From the NCBI GenBank assembly GCA_025594325.1, contig JANHCV010000012.1, positions 558,001 through 622,000 on the forward strand: a stretch of DNA of 64,000 nt. The letters are read 5' to 3'. A program made the translations under genes and the position numbers. This DNA is from Blastocladiella emersonii ATCC 22665. Its lineage: Eukaryota; Fungi; Blastocladiomycota. Below are positions 44,962 to 56,083 of this stretch, piece by piece. The notes under the pieces were generated by a model that ran no database searches, had not been told where the DNA came from, and worked only from the letters and a program-made list of their open reading frames with translations. The number at the start of each line of letters is the position of its first letter. The stretch's first letter is position 1.

Positions 44962-45215
44962 TGCAGGGAGTGGGGTTGCTGGTCCAAGCCAGTGGACTGG
45001 AGCAGAGAGAGGGCAAGACAAAGGGCGGGCGCCCGCGGCGGTGTGGCTCACATCCCGTGACGTGGCTGCAGCCCCTTTCGGAGCGGCCGGCCGGTCAGTC
45101 AACGGCCGCGGACTCGGCCGCTGCGCGCCTTCGCTCCCATCTCCACCGCACCCCTGCTCTCGCTCCCGAGCGCCACTCCCTGCAACGTATCTCACGAACC
45201 ACACGCATCAACACC

Positions 45216-45656
45216 ATGTCGGACCAGGAGGCCAAGCCCACCGTTCAGCAGGTCTCGGTCAAGCTGCGCGACGCCCAGGGCAGCGAGATTGGTACTTTGG
45301 CTCGCCGCGGGTGCACCCGCTCCATGCGTCGAGCTAGGGACTCACGCGAGCGCCGCCCCCGTCCTTTTTCTCCTCCGCAGAGTTCAAGGTCAAGGGCAGC
45401 ACCAAGTTCAGCAAGATCGCCGCCACCTACGCGACCAAGAAGGGCATCAACCCCGACTCCATCAAGTTCGTGCTCAACGGCGAGACCCTCAACAAGGACT
45501 CGGAGAAGTCCGTGACCGACGTGCGTACCCTTCCTCGCCCCGCTTCCCCGCGCGCAGGGGGTTCAGCTTCTCACCCGCGCTTACGCCCCCGTCTAGCACG
45601 GCATCGAGGACGGCGACGTCATCGACGTCGAGACGGCCCAGGTCGGCGGCTGCTAA
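45216..45656 (+). CDS. SMT3: SUMO precursor
   Basis: VSVKLRDAQGSEI/EFKVKGSTKFSKI...KFVLNGE...IEDGDVIDVETAQVGG-C*. Two introns. Confidence 0.92.
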
Positions 45657-47032
45657 TCCGCCCCGATCTTTGCTGCTCATTTCTTGTTCTGTCTTTGAAT
45701 TCACTTCGTTGTCTCGTCTTGACACACCGACCCTCGTGATCGCGGCGGCCGCCCCGCGCGCACCCGCCGCCGCTGCTCCATGAATCTCTCCACGCACTCG
45801 CTGTCTAATCCGAGCTCAGCACGGTTCACCGCATCGCACACCGTCAAAATGCGCACCGTCAACAGTTTGTCGCGCGAAACGGCAGTGCGCGCTGGATCGA
45901 AACAAACTCACGGGCCTGGCGGCGACCTCGCCGGCCGTGGGTCGCACCGGAGCGCTCCCACACGGTGCTTCGCTTGCGCTTCCGCGGCCTCGTATTGCAT
46001 CGGTCGGCGAGACGCGTCAACCGCGCGGGCTTCTGAGCTGCGCCCAGCACGATCAAGACGGCTGCAGCAGCGGAACGTGCGAGGGGAACTTGAACCCCGC
46101 CGTAATCGCAGCCACGGCGCCGCGCGGCGCACCTCTCGTTGAGTTCCCGCTTGATGGGCGAGATCGTGCGCGAGCGGTGGCTCTCAAGTCGCATGGCGCG
46201 GAGCGGTCGCGGCCGTGACGCGATGAGTCGGGTTCCAGTGAGGCCTGCGCCAGCTCACGACAGCGATACCAGGGCATTTGCGAGGCACAAGATTCCGTCA
46301 GGTAGGCCGCGGCGCATCACTGGACGCAACCGCGACATGAATCAACCGCTTGAGGGCGTCTCGCAGCCAGCGGAAAGCGTGAGCACGGTTGCAAACACGG
46401 TCGCATACTTGCGATCACGAGCGTGAAACGAGGTCGCAACGATTAGTCGCGTCATGCGCGAACAGCGTGAGGGTGGAACGCGATAAACTACGTGTACTGG
46501 TACATCGAGGTTCCAGTGGACTACGCGAGGGGCGCCGACTGGCACGAAAGTTTAATGGAACCGCTTGGAGCTGCGCGGGCGGCCAAGATCAGCCGACCCG
46601 TGAGGACACGGACTCATCAGCTCCGTGAGTTGCCATCGAGTCCCGGGAGGCCCACCTGTGCCGCGAGCGCTCCGACTCTAAACGGAGCTCTTGACGCCAC
46701 CGCCGGTCACGTGCGGATGATCTTCGCGTCAGTAAGTCACGTTGCAGCTGTTTTCGGAGCGCTTTAGAGAATCGAACCGTTATAAACCTTCCAGTAGAAC
46801 CGCGCCGGATTCGAGCAAAATTAGATTCCGTGGTTGAGCGCAGGCCGTCGCGCGCCAATGCAATAAGTGAGGGGTGTTGATGAATTAACCTGTCAGGATC
46901 ATCACAATTGTGGCCAACAATATAATATATCAACCCAACCACAAAGTGAGAGACGAGGGACATCGACGGATGCACTCGTGTGAACTCGAGCCGCTTGCAG
47001 GAACAACCGCGAATCGGCCACAGACAGCTTGA

Positions 47033-48529
47033 TTAGAATTCATCGAGCGACGTCTTGACGATGCTTGCCGGAAGCGCCGAAGCGATGATCTCGCGATCCG
47101 CATCGTCCAAGTCGCAGTTGGTCAGTAACAGGTGCTCGAGATGACTGGGCAATCCTGCAGCCAGGACCCGCGCGCACTCGCCGTGGAGTAGGTTGCCGCT
47201 GAGATCCAGGTGTTTGAGGGAGTTTGGGAGCGCTGCCACAATTGGGGCAAGAACTTCTTTCTTTTCCAGGCCACATTCGTGGAGTATCAGATGATCAAGG
47301 CAGGGTGGCATTCGTTCCGCGAGCTTGAGAGCGGGAGACGATCCGTCGAGAGAGCCGATATCGCCCATGGGTGCTTCAATGATGCGGAGTGACTCGAGCG
47401 CTGGAGGAAGGCCCGACAGGATATTAAAGAGCCCAGAAACGGTCAACTGGTTGCGTCGCAGGGAGAGCACCCGAAGCGATGGCGGAAAGCCCTTCCCAAG
47501 CGCCGACGCAGTCTCCGCATCAATGCATACCCGGAACAGCTTGAGCGCTTGTAAGCAGGAAGGCAGCGACCGCGCAAGCGAGAGTAGTAACCCGCTGGAA
47601 CCGTGACACTCGTCGATCTCGATATACTCGATCGAAGAAGGAAGGTGACCCAAGAACGTGCCAGGACCAAGAAACGTGTCCTTGAGCACAAGTCGCGCGA
47701 CACCATCCGGAATCCAGTGCCCAATGAGTGGCTCGGTGTCCATTAGGATGGCGGAGCTGGTCATCCTGAGAGTAATCAATGATGTGGTCCGAGGCAACGC
47801 GGAGAGAAGTCGAAGTGGGACTGCGCAGGATTGGAAATGGAGTCGCCTCAGGCAACAAGACAGCTGGGCGAGCGCGCGCACGAGCAAACCGGCGCCGTTT
47901 CGTGTGATGCGCTTCTCGAGAACGTGAATGCTTTCCTTGGCACCTGACACGATGGCGTCGTAGCAATCGGCGATCTGGTTGTCACCGCTGGAGTCGAGTT
48001 GATGGCCAAGAAACTACGCCACAGCTTGGGCAGGTTAGCACCGCACCCCTTTATTTCATAGTGTAGAGCGACCGCGTACCGTTGGGAAGCTACCGTCGTC
48101 TGAGCTCGGCAGCTTGTCAAGAAGCGCATTGATGAGCGGGTTGTGTCCGGCCATGCTAGTTCGGAGGCCCGACTCGCGCCACCACTCGATTGAATTGTAT
48201 GCAAAGCATTTCAACGCTCCAGGGAGCGCTTCCTCCGTGAAGACAAGCGGGAGGCCGGAGCGGAGCCACTCGTCAAGCACATCGATTCGACCGTTCTCAC
48301 TCGCCTTGTCCATGGAGAACTCCAACGAGTGACTAAGAACTGCGCAATAAACGGCCTTGCCATGCTCGCGAGGAAGCACGTGCAGATACTGACGAAGGCT
48401 GGCCGTGTCGATGCGGTTGGTCGCGTACACGGCCTCGACCAAAATGTGCTCGATCACAGCATAAGGGATAGCGAGTTGCCCGTTCGGTTCGTTGCAGCAA
48501 GTTGAAGGCTGCATATCCATTCGCTTCAT
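47033..48529 (-). CDS. F-box-like/ankyrin-like + RNI-type LRR protein, paralog 6
   Basis: Exons 48529-48080 and 48013-47033 join in frame (phase 0). IPYAVIEHIL...EWWRESGL, LKHLDLSGNLLHGECA. Confidence 0.9.
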
Positions 48530-48901
48530 GAGATTTGGGGGCGTTCGGCGGAGCGAGCGTGGCTGTGGCGCTCTCGTTTGAACTCGTCCGCTGCTCACGT
48601 GCGGATGTACTCAGCGTTCGGCGACCCTAGTCGATGTGTTTAGGTCGTTGAAGCGCCTAGGACAGATTATTGCGGGCGAAGCGAAGATGCGCAGTACTTC
48701 GGCGCAATTCCCTGCAACTTGTGCGTGGCCGAAGCCCGCCTGAGGGCAAATGAGCGAGACAACTGCAGCTCCCGGTAGAATTGTTTTTAAAAAACGAACT
48801 TCAGCATGTTCCGGACAACGCACGCTTGACGGACACAGCGTCGATCACCGCCACCCTGCTGATGAGAGCTCGAGACAGTCGTAATGACGGACCTTTCGAG
48901 C

Positions 48902-50410
48902 TCAGTCAAACTCTTCGTCCGACTCGCTGTCGTCGAATACCGTTCGCACGATACTGGGCGGAAGAGCCGCTTCCAAGAACTGTCGATCCTCGTCATCCAA
49001 GTGACATTCACCAAGCAGCAGATGCTCAAGCTGGGCTGGAAGGTGTGCCGCAACAACTCGAGCGCATTCGCCGTGGAGAACATTCTTGGAAAGGTTCAGG
49101 ACCTCGAGCGTTTCCGGGAGAGCTTCCATGATTGGAGCAAGCACTTCTGGTCGGCTGAGCTCGCAATCACTCAAATCGAGAAGCATCAGGCCGGGTGGCA
49201 TTCTGTCAGCAAGCGTGAGCGCAGGCGGCGAGGCTGCGAGATCGTAGGCAATCCCGAGGGACGGCGCCTCGGTCAGGATAAGAAACTCGAGCGCCGGTGG
49301 AAGGCCTGCCAAAATGGCCGTGAGTCCAGACACAGATAGGTCGTTCCATGCCATGTGGAGTGACCAGAGCGACGGGGGAAGGTTGCGGCCGATTGCTTCG
49401 GCGGTTTCTGTGTCGATGTCAAAGTCGACGATCTCAAAGCACTGCAGGCAAGGAGGCAGCGCCTGTGCAAGCGGACGGAGCGAGTCACGATCACCATAGC
49501 ATTCGCGGATGTTGAGCCGCTCGAGGGAGGAGGGCAGGTGGCCGAGGAAGTGACCAGTATCAAGAAACACGCCATCAAGCGTAAGCTCAACAATGCCCTC
49601 AGGAATCCAAGGGCCGGTGGGCGGTTCGCTGCTGAACATCAACGCGGCACAGCTTAGTATGACAGTTCGCAGCGAAGCGACACGTGGTAATGACGCGAAA
49701 AGCGGGGATGGTATCGCGCTCATGAAGATAGTCAGCTTCTCCAACTGACAAGCGGGCTGGGCGAGGGCGCACGCAAGCTGGTCCGCGCCAAATCGCGTAA
49801 CGAGCATGTGAGAAAGACGAAGACTTCCCAAGGCGCCTGTGACAATGGCTTGATGATTCGTGGCAATCAATTTGTCTCCACTCGATTCCAGCCGATGGCC
49901 ACAAAACTACTTTCCCTCCGAGCAAGTCAAACCCGGTTCGATGGGGATAATTGAGCAAGTTGACCGTACCATACTTTCATTGTCGGCGCTTGAGCAAGGC
50001 AGCTTGTCAAGGACAGACTTGGCGAGAATTTCAATTCTCGGCATGATTATCCGCAGCCCAGACTCGCGCCACCACTCGATCGCGTCAAAGTGGAAGTTGT
50101 TCGAAGCACCAGAGATCGCGTTCTCCGTGTACTTGAGCAGTAAACCCGATCGAACCCATTCCTCCAGGATATCGATCCGACCAGTTCCGCTCGCCTTGTC
50201 CATGGAAAACTGGTCCGAGTGACGCAGTACCGCGCGATAGACAGCCGTGCTGTACTGGCGAGGAAGCACGTGCAAGTACTCGCGGAGGCTGGCGGTGTCG
50301 GCCGGGTCGGTCGCGTGGACTGCGGCGACCAAAACCAGCTCAGCAACGACATAAGGCAGCGAAAGAGTCATATCGATTGCGTTGCAGCAAGTCCTGAACC
50401 CCTTTTTCAT
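48902..50410 (-). CDS. F-box-like/ankyrin-like + RNI-type LRR protein, paralog 7
   Basis: Exons 50410-49970 and 49906-48902 join in frame (phase 0). Closest to paralog 6. Confidence 0.9.
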
Positions 50411-52702
50411 TCGCTTCGTGGGTATGAGTGGTCTCGAGGGAGAGCGAAGCAACGCGAAGCTTTCCCTTTACGCCACCGCGCGAACAACACGTGCGAGTGT
50501 TCTTCGCGTCATCCCTCGGCTTCGCCTAATCGGGTACTCTCCATATTGCCAGTACCTCCACCACTCACTCCATTCGGGTGTCAACTGTGCGGGGCTTTGC
50601 CCAACTGCCCTCTCGCAGCGATCACTCAGCGCAACGGATGCGTTGTGGACGCGCGATTCAAGTAACTGCATGATTTATGAAGTGGAACACACGGAACTCG
50701 GTTCAGGTGCAGCATCGCTGACTGAGACTGTGCTTCGGATCCGCGTTACATGGAGGGACATGAGAGAAAGGGTCGCGACGAGTCAGTACCGCGCGTTGGA
50801 GCTGTCCCGACATGCCTACTTCTCTCGCTTTTGCTCGCCTTCCTACTGTTGAGCTGGATTAAGTTGACTATGGACGGGACGGAGCAAACTGAAGGTTGCT
50901 AATCGGATTGCTTTTCCAGCTTCGGGAGCAACTCATTGTGCAGCGAGCTGCGCTCATGCACACAAACGCGGCCGTCCACGCTTCAGTGATGGTGTTTTTG
51001 ATGGAGCACTTGTGCGCGGCATGCTGGTTGGCCATGGGCGGCGAGTGCTTTCAAACGCGTCCCAGAATAGTCCTTACGCTTGCAGCGCTTGACCATCATG
51101 CGTTCAAGGCCGTTGAGCTCAAACGTGCGACGTGCGTGAGCACGACGGGCTGCCGCTCAACCACGGACAGCGAGAAGTGCATATTGAGCGCGCCGTGGAG
51201 GGAGCAGCTGACGACCGCAAAAATGGGCGAGAAAGACTTCCTTTACTTAGCGCGCGCTTCCAGCGACTCAACTTCCCCGCGGTCTCCCGCAACGCGACGA
51301 GCTTTCATCTAAGAAACCAGGCGACAATGTGTCCGTGTGCATCGCATGTCACAATCTAGTTTTAGACCTCGAGCAAGCTTGGTTTCTCAGAAACGGACCA
51401 GGAGCGCTCAGATGAAGCGGGTCTACTGTGGAACGGTTGCGCAAGGTCGACGCGCGATAGGGCGGACCACGGGATGACGTTCGTTGAGACGTGGGATGCG
51501 TCAGCGCTAATCAACATCGCGTGCATCATGATGCACGCATGGGCGGAGCGCTTCGTCTCGTTCGTCCCCACCTGGCAAAACTTGCTCATGCAGAAATACT
51601 CACTTCACGCAAACCTTCGAGAACGGGAGGACTGTCAAGCTCGTGCTGACGCACGCCTGTCGGTGAGAAGCTGGCATCAGCGGCCGCGACGGCCTGCTCA
51701 GCTGACTTTCGCTCGCCTTCAGCTGCGCGGTGGTTGACGTGCACAAATTGCATGGGAAGCATATCAATGTCGAACGTCGTGATGATTCGCAGCGCGCATC
51801 AAATAGAGCTCGCCGACAAGGTGTTCTAGCGATTCAATAGCGCGTTCTGCCACCGGCCAGGTTGCAGCGATCATGAACAAAAGCGGTGAGCAGCACAGCC
51901 AATGGAGCCGCGCGTGCTTGCGCTGGAACGAAGTCAGCTGCGTGCTCTGCTCAGAACATAGCTCGCACCTCATACCGCTGAGAAGGAGATATCGAGTAGC
52001 TACTCGTCGCGAGGGCTCACGCGGCTTCGTCGCTCCGCGTCGCTCAGCGCAAAGTCCCGCGGCAAGTAACCAGGACGCGACGCAACGCTAGGCCTGGCGG
52101 GCACAACGGCAGTGTAGTAATAGCGGCGGCGGCGGCGGCGCACGAATAGCGAGTCCATCTACAGCAGGGGAAGGATAAGGACACAATGAGCAAGAATTTC
52201 GAGCTTGGGTCACCTCAGAGAACGAGGCACTGCAGCTCAGGCAACGTGAAAGCATCCTGCGGCATGCTTCTCCGCTCACAAGCTCGCTTAAGCAGCACTC
52301 GTGCAGCCTGAAGAGGACAGTGCGAAAGAGATGCCAATGGAACACTCAAGCCAACGGTCGAACGAAGCACAGCACAGCACTGCGCTGCGCGGGCTCCACC
52401 CAAAACGCTGCAGGAGAGACGGGACCAGCCTGCCGTTGGTTTCATGATTTATAATATCCATTGCATAGATTAATTCAGCTTCATCGATTAAGGGGAGCAT
52501 ATGGGAGGGGAGCAGCGCGGAAGCGAGAGCTGAAGCAAAGTGGCGCAGCGCGACACGGGGAGTGATGTCACTGCGAAAAGTGTGACTGTAACGTGACGAA
52601 ACGAGAGCAGAAAGTCGCGGTCACTATAGCTTGGGCAAAGCCCCGCAGTGTCACAAGCAAGATGTGGGTATGATAAGAATGAAGCTTATACTGTCCAGTA
52701 GC

Positions 52703-54262
52703 TCAGTGAGTGAAGGTGGCCTTGAGACCCCGACTAAAAAACGCCTCGCGCGGTCCCGAGCCCTGCATCAAGTTCCCAAAAATCGTGAACGACTTCAAGC
52801 TGCTAGGAAGAGCTGAAATTAGGACCAGGATAGCTTCGTTGTCGAGCTCACAGTTGTCAAGCCGCAAGTGTTCAAGGTCGGGGAAACCACTGGTTGCAAT
52901 AGCACAAGCGCCTTTGCCCTTGAACCAGTTCCCGGAGAGGTCGAGATCGCGCAGTGACGATGGAAGCGCTCTGATGAGGCGTGCGAGCAGAGTTGGATCG
53001 CTGAGCCCGCAGTTATCGAGCTTGAGAACTTCGAGAAAAGGAGGCATGCGTCCGATGAGGGCAAGTGCAGCTGCGGGCCCGTTGTTGTCGTAGCCCAAGG
53101 AAGTATGCGTCAGTTTGAGCGATGTGAGTTTCCATGGAAGCCAGGCCAGAAGCACTCGCATGTCGTCGTCCGCCATATCGACTGAAATAAGCTCGAGTTC
53201 ATCGAGCGCGAACGAAAGGTTTTCAACAAAGGCAGTTGATGTGAGGTCGTCCAAAGCCGAACGCACAATTTTGAGGGTCCCCAGGCTCGGGGGAAGCCCT
53301 CGACCCAGGAATCGGAGCGCTTCCGGCGACAGCTCGCACTTCGTTAATTCGAGGATGTTCAACGATGAAAGGAGCTGATCGAGACCGTGGCCCTGGTCAA
53401 AATCGATGCGCGCAAGATGCAGCGATTCGACTCCTTCAGGTAGCCAATGCCCTCGTAGAAGCTCGGCCTGGTAGTCGAGGGTGACTTCAGACAGGGTAAC
53501 CGAACGCATCGAGCTGGGAATGCGCATAACCTGGATGTGAAAGAGTGGTTACGACCTGAGCAAGTCGGAAGCTAGTCACTGGACATTCGGCTTGCGCGAG
53601 GAGGAGGGCGATCAGTTCGGCCCCGCCTTGGGTAAGGCGCGCGGACTCGAGCTTGAACTCGGTACGCGAGCCGGAAGCAAGCTCATTGTAAAGCTCGGCG
53701 ACCCGCATGTCGCCAGCGGAGGTCAAGAGACACCCATGCAGCTACCGTGTTTCTGTTGTTAGCGTGACTCTTCATGCGATCACAAGAGCGAGCGCACCGT
53801 GATTGGATTCACTGGATCCAACTTGGACAAAGTAAAGGGCGAGTAATCGACAAAAACTTTGAGCACGTCAGGGCCAAGCGGCGCGAATATAAGCGGTAGT
53901 CCCGACTCGCGCCACCAGACGGCGACATGGTAGAAGAAGTTGTACCACGCTTTGAGCAATGCCGATCCGTTGTAGTAAAGCGGTAGCCCGGAGCGAACCC
54001 ACTCGTCAAGAACACCAGTCCGACCGTTTGCGCTGGCCTCATCCATGGCGAAGGCTTTAACATGTCGCAAAACAGCGCGATACACGGCTCTGCTGTACAC
54101 GCGAGGAAGGACGCGCAAGAACTCGACGAAGCGCGCCGTGTCGGCCCAGTCGGTCGCAAAGACAGCGCACTTGAGAATCTGCTCGAGAATGCTGTACGGC
54201 AGCCGCACGACGGCCGGTTCAAGGTTGCATAAAGTCGCTGTTTCCATTTTCATGTGCTCCAT
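52703..54262 (-). pseudogene. F-box-like/ankyrin-like + RNI-type LRR protein, paralog 8 (frameshift near 53540)
   Basis: Exon 1 is 54262-53798 and exon 2 starts at 53741. The frame shifts before VMRIPSSMRSVTL unless a 25-nt GT-AG micro-intron is spliced. Confidence 0.72.
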
Positions 54263-54625
54263 GGTTTTAGCGAGTGCACCGCGGAGCGAGCGCAGAGCTG
54301 ACGAGCCGCGTGACAGCGGCGTGGGGACGCGTTGGTCAGCGGTCAGCTGACGCCGGGTGGCTTTCCCGGGCGCGCCATCTCGCCCGCGCCGAGCCGCTCG
54401 CACGCGTCGGCGCGCTCTCTCCCCTCTCTCCCGCCGCCCATCGCATCGGCGACTCGCTGCAGTCTACTCGCACGCACGCAAGCACACGCATCGACCCCCC
54501 ACACACGGTGTGCACCCACGCCCGTCAGCGAATGCATCTCGCGACGCGCGTCGACTCATCGCGTGTGACCTTCCGTGTAGCCACCCGCACTCTGTAACCT
54601 TCCTCAGTCAACCGCCACCACCACC

Positions 54626-55523
54626 ATGTCCTCGCCACGGAGACGAATTGAGACGGACGTGATGAAGCTGTACGCGTCGCGTCGCACCGCCTGCTCGCTT
54701 CCGCACGGCCATGCTGACCGTGCCCCTCTCGCACGCGGCGTAGGCTGATGAGCGACTACGAGGTGACGCTCGTCAACGACAACATGCAGGAGTTCTACGT
54801 CCGGTTCCCCGGTCCCGACGACAGTACGTCGATCCTCGTCGGCTTCCTGGCGCGGCAAACCGCTCACGCTCCTCGCCCATTGTGTAGCTCCATTCGCCGA
54901 CGGTTTCTGGAAGGTGCACGTCGAGCTGCCCGACCAGTACCCGTACAAGTCGCCGTCGATTGGGTTCGTCAACAAGATCTTCCACCCGAACATTGACGAG
55001 ATACGTACCCTCCCCCGCTTCACGGCCGCGGCCCGGTCAAGGCTAACGCGCCCCGTGTTTCTCGCGTCTCTACCGGAGTGGCTCGGTCTGCCTCGACGTC
55101 ATCAACCAGACGTGGAGCCCCATGTTCGGTGCGCGCTCGCTCGCACTCACTCGGCCATCGACGCACGCTCACTCACCTTTGTCGGAGTGTAGACATGATC
55201 AACATCTTCGAGGTGTTCCTGCCGCAGCTGCTGCGGTACCCCAACCCGACGGACCCGCTCAACGGCGAGGCGGCCGCGCTCATGATGCGCGACCCGACCA
55301 CGTACGAGGCCCGCGTCAAGGGTCCGTATCCCCCTCACCGCTCCCCCCACTCGCGCTGACGCTCACCCCTCACCCTGCTCCATCCTCTCTAGACTACGTC
55401 AAGCGGTTCGCGAGCAAGGAGGCGTACGAGGCGTCCAACGACTCGGACTCGGACAACGAGTCGGACGACTCGTCGGTCGCCTCGCTCTCGGACGACGACG
55501 AGACCCAGAACATGGACATGTAA
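54626..55523 (+). CDS. UBC8: Ubiquitin-conjugating enzyme E2 (Ubc8/UBE2H type)
   Basis: [99 protein letters not shown]. Multiple introns. Confidence 0.95.
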
Positions 55524-56083
55524 CCCTCCCCTCCCCACCTCGCCTACCTCTGCTGCCGTATCTCATATCCCCCTTGTCGTTCTTCTGCTGTCCGGGTGCC
55601 AATTTACACGCACTCTATTTTACCCACCCGCGTCTCGGTTCCCACGGCGGCCCGAATTCGAGCCCTGCGTCACCGCAGCGTCACCGTGCGTCGTGTCCGC
55701 GCGCGCCTTCGCCCGGCTGCGCGGCGTTCAAGCGGACGGGGACGAGCGCGCGCGAGCGATCGAAAGTGAAGGAGGAGAGGAGAGAGGGTCCCTTGCGTCA
55801 CACGCCGCCACACTCCGCGGATTCCCACCGGCGAGTTGAGTTTGAGCGCCGCGTGCGGTGGTCCGGCGGATCACCTCCCGCGCTCTCCCTCTTCAGAGTC
55901 GGATCGCCGCACCTCGCCCTCGCTCCTTGCAACGAACGCAGACAGACGGACGGATCCCGCCGCTGCTGCAGACCAGCTCGTGTGGGCCGATCGACTTTTG
56001 CAACGCACTCTCATGTACGCCCGTCCGACGCGACGCCCACCGACGCCCACTCACGCTCCCGCCCCGCACTCGTCCAGATCACC

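Noticed and set aside
45780-47000. AT-richer intergenic stretch with ORF 46589-46975
   Set aside because: No ATG context, motif or repeat structure recognised.
50850-52500. Lower-GC region with short, broken ORFs downstream of a motif variant at 52540
   Set aside because: Possibly a decayed gene, but I could not assign a consistent frame or homology.
12521-55523. Apparent ubiquitin/SUMO gene cluster (AOS1, SMT3, UBC8, LRRC58-like)
   Set aside because: The genes are 10-30 kb apart and interleaved with unrelated genes; no evidence of co-regulation.
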